Notes: generated by a model from the sequence alone, not told the origin. Counted from the stretch's first letter, positions 1-10,605 are shown. The stretch is DNA of 64,000 nt from Candidatus Poribacteria bacterium (GCA_965218095.1 OZ244587.1:3232001-3296000); one strand, 5' to 3'. Translations and numbers: made by a program.

Positions 1-1713
1 TTGACCCATCAGATTTCTTTGGCTGATATCAACGAATGACAGCGAGGCTTCATCTGTGCTGCGGTTGCCAGCGATGTCATGAACCATGAGCATGCAGTGG
101 TAGTCAGCGTTCGGGTTCATAGGCAATGGATGTCCATGCCAGTTGTTCCAGACAATGGTATCTGGTGGTTCTCCATTTTCACGGATCTGATCGATGCGCT
201 CCCCCGCACCGTCGAAGAACTGGAGTTCCCAATGTGCAATTGGATTAAGGTCTGAAGCCTGCACATGCACCGTTGGTACATTGACGATCACATCCCCACT
301 GGACTGCATGCCATCGGAGGGAGCCAGGATGAGCGGTTCCGCAGAGATCTTAAGATCTACAGGCATCGTGTCGACGGTAATTACCGTTTTACTCTGCAAG
401 TGGCGATCGCTCCCCTCATTAAGGAAGAATAACTGTGCGGTGTACGTTCCATCGCTCACCAGGTTTCCTTCGACATCTTGTCCGTCCCACACCACTTCCT
501 CCGATGGCAACCCGGTCCCAAAATAGGTCTGTACAATCTTACTACAGTCATCTCGAATCTCCAGGTGCCACGCACCCTCTTCGGCAATCTCGAAATCGAA
601 AACTGTTTCCTCCCTCACGCCATCGCCGTTCGGTGAGATCGCTTCTTCAGAGACCGTTAGTACAGATACAATCTGTTTGGGCATGACAATCGGCGACGGC
701 TGAGTCGGTGGAGGCGTTGGTATGTTGGTGATTGGCGGCTGTGTCATCGGCGGCTCGCCCGGGCTGCCTCCCCAACGCAGCGTCGCTGAGATCCAGTGTA
801 CATCCCTATCCAACTCGCTGCCTCTCACATAAGCGTAATCAAGCTGTCCAGACTCGCTGCGAAGACTAAATCCTGTCGACCACTCGCCTGCTGTAAATTG
901 ATCGGCGTTAGCGATTGCCGTGTATCCAAGGCGGAGACCGAACCGTGTAGCCAAGAACCACCTTTCGACGCCTAAGTGTGTGCGCAGACGATCTTGAAAG
1001 TCAGATCGCTTATCATTGTGCAGGACAAAATCCCCAGATAAGATGGTATCCCGCTTAAGATAGTAAGCTGCCCCAAGTCGCGTCACCGGCGGCATCTTCT
1101 CGATCAGCCGACCATTTTCCCAGATGTGCCCACCGAGATCTTCAAAGGTCAAACCAAGTGCAATCCGATCGGCAGGGCGTTTCAGTTTACGAGAGAATAG
1201 AACACCGAGATCAAAGCTCCAACCGAACTGCCTGCTGACTGAGCGATTCCGGCGGTGGTGACGGATACTTGCACCCGCAGCAATCTCCTTTCCCAAAGGA
1301 ATACCATATCCCACAAGCACCAGTCGGTTCGTTTCATCATCATTCCCCCAGCCATCGAACCAGGAGGAGATTGAGAAATTACCAACATTTTTCGTGGCAA
1401 TTCGCAACTGCTGTGGATTAAACGCCAGCGAAAACGCCCCTTCCCGATCATCAGATTCTTCGGCGAAAGGGAGTCCAACGAGAGAGAGTTCTGTCGCCTT
1501 CAGAAACCCCAGTGATGAAGGATTCCAGAATGAGCTGTCACTCGATGGGGGGCCTGCCGTGAACGCGCTCCCCATGCCCAGTGCTCTTGCGCTTGTCCCA
1601 ACAAAAATCTTCCGATTGCTGATACCTGATTCCGCTGCTGCAATCGATAAACCGAAAAAGATGAGTATGAGTGTACTCAACCCAATGCCCGTGAGATCCC
1701 TTTGGATTTTCAT
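1..1713 (-). CDS. PorV/FadL-like beta-barrel outer-membrane protein with FlgD-Ig-like domains (partial, runs off window start)
   Basis: Not in the ORF track because it is open at the edge. Manual translation from ATG 1713: signal peptide, 'GTRARALGMGSAFTA...FWNPSSL' (PorV/FadL-type N-terminus), Pro-rich linker, then 'AISPNGDGVRE...VVWDGQDVEGNLVSDGTY' (FlgD-Ig/CHU_C-like). Confidence 0.75.
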   Translation of the reverse strand, partial: MKIQRDLTGIGLSTLILIFFGLSIAAAESGISNRKIFVGTSARALGMGSAFTAGPPSSDSSFWNPSSLGFLKATELSLVGLPFAEESDDREGAFSLAFNPQQLRIATKNVGNFSISSWFDGWGNDDETNRLVLVGYGIPLGKEIAAGASIRHHRRNRSVSRQFGWSFDLGVLFSRKLKRPADRIALGLTFEDLGGHIWENGRLIEKMPPVTRLGAAYYLKRDTILSGDFVLHNDKRSDFQDRLRTHLGVERWFLATRFGLRLGYTAIANADQFTAGEWSTGFSLRSESGQLDYAYVRGSELDRDVHWISATLRWGGSPGEPPMTQPPITNIPTPPPTQPSPIVMPKQIVSVLTVSEEAISPNGDGVREETVFDFEIAEEGAWHLEIRDDCSKIVQTYFGTGLPSEEVVWDGQDVEGNLVSDGTYTAQLFFLNEGSDRHLQSKTVITVDTMPVDLKISAEPLILAPSDGMQSSGDVIVNVPTVHVQASDLNPIAHWELQFFDGAGERIDQIRENGEPPDTIVWNNWHGHPLPMNPNADYHCMLMVHDIAGNRSTDEASLSFVDISQRNLMGQ

Positions 1714-1885
1714 GTGATAGCACTCCGTTTTGGTTTTGTTGACAGGCGGCGGATTGTTTCTCAACTGAACGTTTATCTGCCAACTAGGATTACAGCGTCA
1801 TAAAACGCCCCTCGGTCAACAATAGATACAGAAAACAGGGGGATGGTATTCTATCACGATGGGCATTTTACCCTTCCGGGCTGTT

Positions 1886-3322
1886 TTATTCTCCATCCGT
1901 TACATAAAAGACAAGTCCGTTAAGGAACCAGAAAATCAACAACGGGCGTTGATGCAGAATGTGGTCTGCGAGCCCGTAGACAAGGGCAGAAATCAGAAAG
2001 CCACTGCCTCCGATAAACAAGCCAGAACGCCAGAGATCGCTGTTCTTACGCAATGCAAACAGTTGACGGAAGATTAAAAAGAGTATCCATAAAAACAGAA
2101 TCAGCGATGGGATGCCCTGCTCAACAGCGACTTGCAGGTAAATGTTATGGGCATGATACGGCTTGTGATACATGCCCGGCGGTCCGTGCAACTGATACTC
2201 ATGGCGAAATCTGCCCAAACCGATGCCGGTAATTGGATACTTCGCGATTAATTGAACGGAGGTTTTCCACCATTGGGGACGTTCGCTCATAAAGCCCGGC
2301 GGATGCTTACGGATTGTCTCGAATCGTTCCCTGGTGGATTGGGGCATCAAGATGGAGAACAGAACTGCGAGGACAAGCAATCCCCATAGTAACCGTCGTT
2401 CAAAATAGATCGCGATATAAATCATCGCCACGAACACCCCAATCCATGCGCCCCGCGTAAGTGTGAGGACGAGGTTCGCAATCATCACGCATAAGAGTGC
2501 CCCTAAAATGGTGATGAGCTTCCAGTTTTGGCGTGTGCGCCAGCTTGCGACAAGATAGCCTGCTGTCATTGGCAGAATGATGACAAGGTAAGCTCCCAAG
2601 TCGTTGGGCATCTTAAAGGTGCCGGCAAGGCGAGGTTCAATCATGTAAATGTTGAGTTGATGCTCACTTTTCCTGATGGCGTACTTTCGGACCTTCTGCC
2701 TATCTATTATCAGCCAATCGCCGTATTTTTTTGAGGTGGAAATGGTCGCGTTTTGAGAGAGGTGTCTGCCATTATTCTCAAAGGCGCGCCGCAAATCTTC
2801 CGAAACCTTGTCCCCATCGTTGAGGTGATTTTGAGACGTTAATTCCATGCTAAACATATAGGCAATCCCCAAGTGTGTACCGTTCGCATAGTACCACAAA
2901 CCAAGGGCGGAAGAAAAACCACCCGCAAACATAAAGGCGATAACAAGATTCCGCCAACGTCTACCCAAACGACTGTAAACGACCGCATAAAACAACAACA
3001 CGGCTCGGAGCAGCTTCCAGAAATACCCAAGACTGCTGGTCGATCGATGTGGTGCAAAAAACCAAGCGGCGAGTGCAAGGACGAGAAAAATCGCAATCGG
3101 AATATCTAAAGGTGTTTTTTTCCACTCAAACTGGCGTTCGCAGCAGATACGCCCTATCCACCCCAACAGGACCAGCAGCAGTCCTGCGTTGAGAATTTCC
3201 GTTGCATAACCGAACGGCAGCACAAGAACGAAAATAAGGAAGCCAGCGTAGATCGCCAGATCGAAATACTCGCTTGGTGAACGATGGTGTTGGAGTGCAG
3301 TTAGCCGAATTTTATTTAACAT
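1886..3322 (-). CDS. O-antigen ligase (Wzy_C/WaaL) family membrane protein
   Basis: Multiple TM helices; motifs 'LTLTRGAWIG', 'PITGIGLG', 'HAHNIYLQVAVEQG'. Start placed at the MLNK ATG rather than 3394. Confidence 0.85.
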   Translation of the reverse strand: MLNKIRLTALQHHRSPSEYFDLAIYAGFLIFVLVLPFGYATEILNAGLLLVLLGWIGRICCERQFEWKKTPLDIPIAIFLVLALAAWFFAPHRSTSSLGYFWKLLRAVLLFYAVVYSRLGRRWRNLVIAFMFAGGFSSALGLWYYANGTHLGIAYMFSMELTSQNHLNDGDKVSEDLRRAFENNGRHLSQNATISTSKKYGDWLIIDRQKVRKYAIRKSEHQLNIYMIEPRLAGTFKMPNDLGAYLVIILPMTAGYLVASWRTRQNWKLITILGALLCVMIANLVLTLTRGAWIGVFVAMIYIAIYFERRLLWGLLVLAVLFSILMPQSTRERFETIRKHPPGFMSERPQWWKTSVQLIAKYPITGIGLGRFRHEYQLHGPPGMYHKPYHAHNIYLQVAVEQGIPSLILFLWILFLIFRQLFALRKNSDLWRSGLFIGGSGFLISALVYGLADHILHQRPLLIFWFLNGLVFYVTDGE

Positions 3323-3499
3323 GATACGTAATGCGTAAAACGTAATGCGTGTTGCGTGAGACGCTCTTCCCTTCCTTCCCTTACGCTCTACCACATTACC
3401 TTTCCTATAACCCTTTATGGATGTTATAATTTGTCTCCGTAATAAACTTTGCGTTTCGCCATTGAGTCCAAGTAGAACAATAACTTTGAAAAGGAGTCT

Positions 3500-4693
3500 A
3501 TGACTATGTATCCCAAACGTTGGTTTTCGTTAATCTTATGCATCATTCTTGTTGGTGTACTGTTTTCCTCACAAGCCAGGGGGTTTATTGAGCGGGAATA
3601 TACGATCCGTGAGGTTTTAGAGGCCTGTACAAACATCGTCTTCGGGAAGGTCAAAAGCGCCGATTCCGTACGGCTGAGAGGCATCATCGCGGTAGAAGAA
3701 GATGTCAAAGGGGTAAGCAACTTGGAGGAGATTAAGATTAACTTCGCCTTCGGACAATATCGCCCTGAGAGTTCTCCTCCAAGGATAGTCAAACGTCTTA
3801 AAGTCGGCATGCCTGTCATTGTTTTTTACGAAAAAAATAATGGAATTCAGTGTCTCGGATATATTGATGGCACATGGTTTCAAACTCGTGCGACGGGCGG
3901 ACCCGCCGCCGGGTGGTGGGGGTTTACTCATATGGATCCATATATGTTGCGCACATTTAGTGGCCCAACAACAGAATTCCAGAAGGTCGTCCGCGCCATC
4001 CTCGCGGGCGGGAAGTGGTCCGGTATTCCCAAAGACGCCGTGAAGGTACTTGTCTTGACGGGCAACAGCACGCGACCTGTGCAGAGTCAGGTGTCTGCGC
4101 ATACGAACACCGTCAGCTATGAATATAATGCTATCAGGCTCATCCGTGAGGCTGGTGAACGGGTTCTGGCTTACGAGCCAACTCAGGATACCTCTCTTCC
4201 TAGCTTAGATAAGGCAGATATCTTGTGGCTGGGGCAAGGGGAGATTGCTAATAAGTACTACTTGCTCAACAAAAGCACAGAGGGAAAAATCAGGAAGTTT
4301 GTGCAAAATGGTGGCATTGTGATTGTTAGCGGGCAAAACAGCGCCCACGATCGTCCGTGCGAAACAGGCTGGCTGGCGGGAAAATTAGTGGGGGTTGAAC
4401 GCCCACCCACTCAGGATTTCGAGATCACCAAGCAGGGGAAGCAGCTATTTTCGGGGCCGAATCAGATCCAGCCGGAGGTCCTCCTCATTGATGATGCCTG
4501 GACAGGTTGGAACAAGAATTATGAGATTCTCGCCACAACGAACGGTGGAAAAGGCCTCGTTGTTGGCACACGAAAGCACGGCAAAGGTTTGTACATCATC
4601 ACAAGTCTGTGCAACGATGATGAAGGCCTCGTCGCGATGAATAAAAAACTGATAGAAAATATTCTCTATTATGCCGCCAACTGGCCGCACTAA
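3500..4693 (+). CDS. Secreted hypothetical protein with C-terminal class I glutamine-amidotransferase-like (ThuA-like) domain
   Basis: RBS AAGGAG, signal peptide, 'IRKFVQNGGIVIV' flavodoxin/GATase-like motif. Confidence 0.6.
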   Translation: MTMYPKRWFSLILCIILVGVLFSSQARGFIEREYTIREVLEACTNIVFGKVKSADSVRLRGIIAVEEDVKGVSNLEEIKINFAFGQYRPESSPPRIVKRLKVGMPVIVFYEKNNGIQCLGYIDGTWFQTRATGGPAAGWWGFTHMDPYMLRTFSGPTTEFQKVVRAILAGGKWSGIPKDAVKVLVLTGNSTRPVQSQVSAHTNTVSYEYNAIRLIREAGERVLAYEPTQDTSLPSLDKADILWLGQGEIANKYYLLNKSTEGKIRKFVQNGGIVIVSGQNSAHDRPCETGWLAGKLVGVERPPTQDFEITKQGKQLFSGPNQIQPEVLLIDDAWTGWNKNYEILATTNGGKGLVVGTRKHGKGLYIITSLCNDDEGLVAMNKKLIENILYYAANWPH

Positions 4694-4738
4694 TACAGGT
4701 CTTCGGACGCAGGTATTAGGGATGGCAGACACCTAAAT

Positions 4739-5428
4739 CTAATACCTACTTTGACTCGTCCATCGCAAAATTGCATGAACTCGTCTCTCTTTGTTACTCA
4801 TCATCCACTTGGCGACAACCGGTGTAACATCATCTTCCGCTGGTCTCCCTTGACGGTAGGCTTGGAGCTCTGCTAAAATTGCATCTTTAATTTTGGCTGG
4901 GGATAAGCCAGCGGAAGCCAAAATAATCTGTTTAAGCCGTTCGTCCCTATACATTTCCTCTTTCCGCATTGATCCTGCCGTGCAACTTCCTTCCGAATGG
5001 CGCTCACATGCACATTGAGGTCATTCCGCAGCTTCTCATTTCAGTACCCGAAACATCCCCCGAGCGATTGAAGGGTCGCCAGCCATTATTTGATAAAAAT
5101 CCTCACGGAAAATCTCTAGCAGCTTCGTGTCCCTGGTGATTTTTATCGTCGCGCTACGAGGTTCATCGCCCATTAGAGCCATCTCGCTGATGCAGGTACC
5201 GCTTTAATCCAATGTCAGGACCTGCATCTCATCCTTGGGGATGCCAACTTCTCCCCCTACGATTAGGTAGAGCGAATCGCCATCGTCCCCTTCATGAAAC
5301 AAGATATGCTCGGCAGGATAGTCTTGCTCCTGGGTAATCTTGCAAATCGACGCTAATGCTTCGCTCCTGGCGTCAGTAAACAGACTTGTCTCTTGTAAGA
5401 ATTTCAACTTCTGTTTTTCCGATAGCAT
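4739..5428 (-). pseudogene. Decayed cNMP-binding / SpoIIE(PP2C) phosphatase gene
   Basis: cNMP domain 'ILFHEGDDGDSLYLIVGGEV' is interrupted by TAA at 5204 and continues 'EMALMGDEPRSATI'. After further stops or frameshifts it joins a PP2C C-terminus, 'EMYRDERL...DAILAEL...AEDDVTPVVAK'. The middle is deleted. Confidence 0.75.
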
Positions 5429-5845
5429 TTGACAAATCTCATTTCTTGAAATGTTAGACAACTTTACTCGATTGGGTCTCGCTACGAGTGGAACGGAGTC
5501 AATTGAACTAATGGTTCCGAAGAAATCACGCAATTTACGAACTTCGGCGATCTATAGAGGCGTGGTGTGTCGAAGGAGATTCTCACGTTTACGCTACATT
5601 ATATCGCACAACAGAAATGAGTTCAACTATTATTCTATACAGTTAGAAATTTACAAGGCAGGTAGAGACCTGGTAGATGTCACCTCAATCGGTCCCTTTT
5701 CGGATCTATTGAGGAAATTCGCACAAATTTCAAATTTCCCATCAGTCCATTTGCACATTTTCTACCAACCATAAAGTTAAGGTTCTGGTATCAATTGAGT
5801 TTGGAACCGTGTTGCATTTGCACTGCTTAAAAAATAGCACTGAAT

Positions 5846-5862
5846 TGCCCAAAAAACAGGCA
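5846..5862 (+). promoter_or_regulatory. Putative NtrC-like enhancer site (TGC-N11-GCA)
   Basis: TGCCCAAAAAACAGGCA about 110 bp upstream of the sigma54 box; a similar weaker site lies at 5824-5839. Confidence 0.45.
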
Positions 5863-5969
5863 AATAGTTTGCAGTTCATCTAAGTGACTACAGTGCTTTA
5901 GCGTTGCAGGTGTCGTTCAAACTCTATGATTCATAGATTAAATCAGATTAGGATTCTCAAAATGATTTC

Positions 5970-5986
5970 TTGGCACTGGTTTTGCC
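5970..5986 (+). promoter_or_regulatory. sigma54 (-24/-12) promoter of amt1
   Basis: TTGGCAC-TGGTT-TTGCC, with the canonical GG-N10-GC spacing, upstream of an ammonium transporter. Confidence 0.8.
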
Positions 5987-6069
5987 TGCCTGCTTGTACC
6001 AAAATGCTTGGTGATCTGCAGTGGTCAGCAACAACAAAACACATGGAAAATAAAGGGAGAATTTCCATT

Positions 6070-7431
6070 ATGATAAAATTATCGCTGAAGGGCTACAAAG
6101 TTGCAGTAACTGTTATGATCCTCACGTTCTTTTTGAGCATAAACGTCTTCGCGCTGAACGGCGAAGTAGAGGGTGAAAAGATTGATAACTCAGCGTATGT
6201 TGCAGATACCCTCTGGGTATTGCTTGCCGCGTTTCTTGTTTTCTTTATGCAGGCGGGCTTTGCCATGGTCGAGGCAGGGTTTACACGCGCGAAGAATGCC
6301 GTGAATATCCTGATGAAAAATCTGCTGGATTTCTCAATGGGTTCCATCACCTTCTGGATGGTTGGGTTTGCCATTATGTTTGGCACAGGAAACGCTTTCC
6401 TCGGCTTGAGCGGTTGGTTTGTCCCGGCGGAGTCGAAAGCCTTTGGTTCATTGGAGTGGAGTTCTGTTCCAATATACGCGGCGTGGTTGTTCCAACTGGT
6501 TTTCGCCGCAACGGCAGCAACGATTGTCTCTGGTTCGATGGCTGAACGTACACAATTCAAGAGCTATCTGATTTATAGCATTTTCATCACTGGGCTGATT
6601 TATCCTATTGTCGGACACTGGATCTGGGGTGGTGGCTGGCTCAGCGGTCTGGGAATGGTAGACTTTGCAGGCTCAACCGTTGTTCATTCAACGGGGGGCT
6701 GGCTCGCTTTGACCGGCGCAATCGTCTTGGGACCGCGTGTCGGCAAGTTCGATGGAAACGGAAGATCTCGGCCGATTCCGGGACATAACCTTCCATTGGC
6801 GGCACTCGGCGTGTTTATCCTGTGGCTCGGTTGGTTCGGCTTTAATCCGGGGAGTGAAATGGGCGCACATCCGGTTGCCATTGCTTCAATTGCCGTCACA
6901 ACAAACATCGCAGCCGCAGCCGGTGCAATCGCCGCTATGTTTACAGCCTGGGTGATGCTGAAAAAGCCTGATGCGGGTATGGCACTCAACGGTGCGCTTG
7001 CTGGACTCGTGGCAATTACTGCACCCTGTGCAAACGTAACACCGTGGGCGGCCGCTGTCATTGGGCTACTTGGCGGTATTGTGGTTGTCTTTTCAGTGCT
7101 ATTCTTTGAAAGAATTAAGGTTGATGACCCTGTTGGCGCAATCTCTGTACACGGCACTTGTGGTGTGCTGGGAACGCTCCTGCTTGGCTTCTTCCACACC
7201 GAGCAGGGACTTTTCTACGGCGGCGGTGCCAAGTTACTCGGTGTTCAGTTCGTCGGTGTTGTGTCAGTCTTTGCGTGGTGCATGGTTACAGGTCTTATCC
7301 TGTTTTCCGCAATTAAAGCGATTGTCGGCCTGCGCGTCAGCGAAGAGGAAGAGGTTGAAGGGCTGGATTACGGTGAACATGGTGCGAGCGCATATCCAGA
7401 TTTCTCGATATCTTCCGTCGGTCGATTTTAG
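6070..7431 (+). CDS. amt: Ammonium transporter (Amt1-type)
   Basis: 'FFMQAGFAMVEAGFTRAKNAVNIL', 'DFAGSTVVH', 'GWFGFN', 'DDPVGAISVHG'. Start moved to ATG 6070, which follows RBS GGGAGA and lies downstream of the sigma54 box. Confidence 0.95.
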   Translation: MIKLSLKGYKVAVTVMILTFFLSINVFALNGEVEGEKIDNSAYVADTLWVLLAAFLVFFMQAGFAMVEAGFTRAKNAVNILMKNLLDFSMGSITFWMVGFAIMFGTGNAFLGLSGWFVPAESKAFGSLEWSSVPIYAAWLFQLVFAATAATIVSGSMAERTQFKSYLIYSIFITGLIYPIVGHWIWGGGWLSGLGMVDFAGSTVVHSTGGWLALTGAIVLGPRVGKFDGNGRSRPIPGHNLPLAALGVFILWLGWFGFNPGSEMGAHPVAIASIAVTTNIAAAAGAIAAMFTAWVMLKKPDAGMALNGALAGLVAITAPCANVTPWAAAVIGLLGGIVVVFSVLFFERIKVDDPVGAISVHGTCGVLGTLLLGFFHTEQGLFYGGGAKLLGVQFVGVVSVFAWCMVTGLILFSAIKAIVGLRVSEEEEVEGLDYGEHGASAYPDFSISSVGRF

Positions 7432-7594
7432 TAGCTGAAATGGTGAAGCCTCCTTATATTGATAACCAAGCATAACGCCTTTCATTCTGGATGCTGAGCC
7501 GGTTCTTCCCCACAACCATATCCCGGCAAAGCCTCCTATGGGTAATAATGCTTTATCATCATTCGGAAATGTATAAGTTATCAAAAAATAAATA

Positions 7595-7626
7595 AAGTAC
7601 CGGCTTAATGCGGGTGCTTTTTTTTA
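7595..7626 (+). terminator. Rho-independent terminator after amt1
   Basis: Imperfect hairpin AAGTACCGGC-TTAAT-GCGGGTGCTT followed by a T run. Confidence 0.55.
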
Positions 7627-7883
7627 ATGCGTGCTTGAGTTTAGTAAATTCGAGGCCGAAAACTAAATGACCCTATTACATGCGTTTGGTTGATTTATCT
7701 GGTTGCTTTTGGGTGATGGAGAGAGCCGGCTTTAAATCATAACTCATTTTCACAGTCGTGAACCCCACGGAGGCTAATAAGAGTGTGTCTGCTGTCCGGC
7801 GCGGAAAAAGAGGTGGATTTTTCTGTCCGCACGCGGGAGATTTTTCCCTTCAATTGAGAATTGCTAATTACATGTAATTAGGC

Positions 7884-7912
7884 TTGATCTTATCCTTATA
7901 TTATGCTAGAAT
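7884..7912 (+). promoter_or_regulatory. sigma70 promoter of amtB
   Basis: TTGATC-N17-TAGAAT with extended -10 TG. Confidence 0.6.
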
Positions 7913-7951
7913 GGGGTTTATTGATGTTTCTTTACTAATCTCTAACTCTAA

Positions 7952-9358
7952 ATGGAGGCTGAGATGCAACAACCACAGAATGCATGTAGATTTCAGAAAT
8001 ATACAAAGAAACCAGAAAGACTTTTAAGAAGCGGTAAGTCCAGATGCGTTTTGGGCATGCTATTAATCCTGATGTTTTTAGCACTGCCAAAACTGGTTCT
8101 GGCTCAAGACACACTTGATTCAGGCGACACGGCCTGGATGCTCACCTCGACTGCGTTGGTTCTGTTCATGACTATTCCTGGTCTAGCGCTTTTCTATGGG
8201 GGGCTAGTACGCACCAAAAATGTGCTGTCGGTGTTAATGCAGTGTTTTTCGCTGACCGGGCTGATAACCATCTTATGGGTCGTGATTGGTTACAGCTTCG
8301 TCTTTGATACAACAGGTATGGTTGCGAAAGCGACCACCTTTCATTCATTTGTGGGAGGGTTTGGCAAGATTTTCCTTCGTGGCGTGAATGTAGACAGTCT
8401 ATCGGGCACCATCCCGGAAACGGTATTTATCACATTCCAAATGACCTTTGCCATCATCACCCCGGCGCTTATCACGGGTGCCTTTGCCGAGCGGATGAAA
8501 TTTTCCGCCATGCTCTGGTTCATGGGGCTCTGGTCTCTCATTGTGTATGCGCCGATCTGCCACATGACGTGGAGTGGGGCTGGTTCATTCTTTGGAGATA
8601 TTCTGGGCGCTCTCGATTTTGCGGGCGGAACGGTGGTACATATCAATGCGGGTATTGCTGCGCTTGTTTCCGCATTGCTGATTGGCAAACGCCTGGGCTA
8701 TCCGGATTCACCCATGACGCCCCACAGCCTGACGCTGACAATTGTGGGTGCGTCCATGCTCTGGGTTGGCTGGTTCGGTTTCAACGCCGGTAGCGCCGTG
8801 GCTGCTGACGGTGCTGCGGGGATGGCCATGCTTGTAACCCAGATTTCGACAGCGACGGCTGCATTGGCATGGATGTTTGTCGAGTGGGTGAAGCATGGTA
8901 AGCCGAGCGTATTGGGCATCGTCACCGGTGCTGTGGCGGGTCTTGTGGCGATTACGCCAGCATCAGGCAGCGTTGGTCCCATGGGCGCGTTAGTCATCGG
9001 TTTGGCATCGGGCGTGCTCTGCTTTTGGGGTGCAACCAGTCTCAAACAGAGCATGGGCTACGATGATTCGCTGGATGCCTTTGGAGTGCATGGTATCGGT
9101 GGCATTGTTGGCTGTTTGCTAACTGGCGTATTTGTCGCTAAAGGATTGGGTGGTCAAGGTCTTGCTGATGGTATGACCATCGGAAAACAATTGGGAGCAC
9201 AGTTTATCAGTATCATCGTTACCGTAGTTTACTGTGGAGTGCTTTCTTTTATTATTCTTAAGATAGTCGACGCAACGGTTGGCTTGCGCGTTGAGCCGGA
9301 TGAAGAGCAGGATGGCTTGGACCTCGCACTACACGACGAACGGGGTTACAACTCGTAA
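7952..9358 (+). CDS. amtB: Ammonium transporter AmtB
   Basis: 'DSGDTAWML...PGLALFYGG', 'DFAGGTVVHINAG', 'DDSLDAFGVHG'. Exact start uncertain (7952/7964). Confidence 0.95.
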   Translation: MEAEMQQPQNACRFQKYTKKPERLLRSGKSRCVLGMLLILMFLALPKLVLAQDTLDSGDTAWMLTSTALVLFMTIPGLALFYGGLVRTKNVLSVLMQCFSLTGLITILWVVIGYSFVFDTTGMVAKATTFHSFVGGFGKIFLRGVNVDSLSGTIPETVFITFQMTFAIITPALITGAFAERMKFSAMLWFMGLWSLIVYAPICHMTWSGAGSFFGDILGALDFAGGTVVHINAGIAALVSALLIGKRLGYPDSPMTPHSLTLTIVGASMLWVGWFGFNAGSAVAADGAAGMAMLVTQISTATAALAWMFVEWVKHGKPSVLGIVTGAVAGLVAITPASGSVGPMGALVIGLASGVLCFWGATSLKQSMGYDDSLDAFGVHGIGGIVGCLLTGVFVAKGLGGQGLADGMTIGKQLGAQFISIIVTVVYCGVLSFIILKIVDATVGLRVEPDEEQDGLDLALHDERGYNS

Positions 9359-9581
9359 AGAAAGAAATGTTGGTTAAAGACCGTGGATTTCGTAGAAGAA
9401 CGCGGATCGATAATCTACGAAATCCGACAGCATCTGCAGTTCTATTTTTTTCAGTCACGGTAAAAGGATGGTACACGTTCAGCTATCTCTATCATCACCC
9501 CAGAACCGAGTTTTTGGCAAAAACTCGGTTTCTCGCCAAAGGTATCGTCCTTTTGCCATCATTGTTTTTTTCAAGTACGTT

Positions 9582-10454
9582 TCACCCCTCACGTTCCTGT
9601 GTTAGGCTTTTGTAAACGATTCCAATCCATCGTTCCGTGGAAATGAAACCCTGCCCCCAAGACTGCCATTTATCGGGAAGTCCTCTAGTTTTTATTTCTT
9701 CCAGACTTTTCCCTTCTTTTATCCGAGTCCGAATGAGATCCGTTGTTTCCACAAGCATCTGGTGATAAGTCTTCAGTTCATTGATGCCGGAAAGTGGACC
9801 GTGCCCCGGAATCAGCTTCACGTCAGGTGGAAGTTCGCTCAAGATCTTCTCAACATGCTTCGTCAATCCCTCCACGTCCCCGCCGCTGTCTAAATCGACA
9901 TAGGGAAAGCGACCCGAGAAAAAGAGATCGCCTGTATGTACGACGTTTGATTCAGTAAAGAAAATGACGCTGTCGCCATCGGTATGGCTATTCGGAAAGT
10001 GCATGACGCGGATCTCTTCATCGTTGAAGTGGACAGACATCGAAGTGTCAAATGTCAATACCGGCAGACCTTCCTTCGATGGGAACTTAACCGACAGTCG
10101 CTTGCGGACATTGGTATGGGCAATGATGGGCGCTTCTGCCCCGAAAACCGCATTGCCACCGGTATGATCGCCGTGGTGGTGGGTGTTGAGCACGAATTTT
10201 AATCTTCCGTCTCCCAGCTTTTTGAGGACGGCACGAATTTTCTCCGCCAGCGGCTCGAACTGATCATCAATAAGCAGAATACCGTCCGCTCCAACCGCCA
10301 CGCCGATATTCCCACCAGCCCCTTCAAGCATATAGATGGCGCCAGCAACATGGGTGGTCTTAATCTTAACGTTTGAAAAATCCCTCTGCGCCCAGATAGT
10401 GATGCAAAAGGCAGCTATGGCTATCGCAATTATTACGTAAGCAAAACGTCTCAT
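9582..10454 (-). CDS. Secreted MBL-fold metallo-hydrolase (cyclase-like)
   Basis: 'NTHHHGDHTGGN', 'HTDGD', 'IPGHG'; signal peptide MRRFAYV after RBS AAGGAG. Confidence 0.9.
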   Translation of the reverse strand: MRRFAYVIIAIAIAAFCITIWAQRDFSNVKIKTTHVAGAIYMLEGAGGNIGVAVGADGILLIDDQFEPLAEKIRAVLKKLGDGRLKFVLNTHHHGDHTGGNAVFGAEAPIIAHTNVRKRLSVKFPSKEGLPVLTFDTSMSVHFNDEEIRVMHFPNSHTDGDSVIFFTESNVVHTGDLFFSGRFPYVDLDSGGDVEGLTKHVEKILSELPPDVKLIPGHGPLSGINELKTYHQMLVETTDLIRTRIKEGKSLEEIKTRGLPDKWQSWGQGFISTERWIGIVYKSLTQEREG

Positions 10455-10605
10455 AGATTTGTTCTCCTTCCTCTGTCGAATGAGCTGAGAAGTGGTCATA
10501 ATTCGGATTCTGTGAAGTTTAGATTGATGGGCGGAACCGGAGGACGGAGAAACACCCCCTTCGATGCTCCGCACAGCCGTTCGCTTTCAACAATTCAGTT
10601 ACTGC

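Noticed and set aside
7432-7880. Riboswitch or sRNA between the amt genes
   Set aside because: Apart from a terminator and a weak hairpin near 7795-7835, I could not match any known motif; an Rfam scan would be needed.
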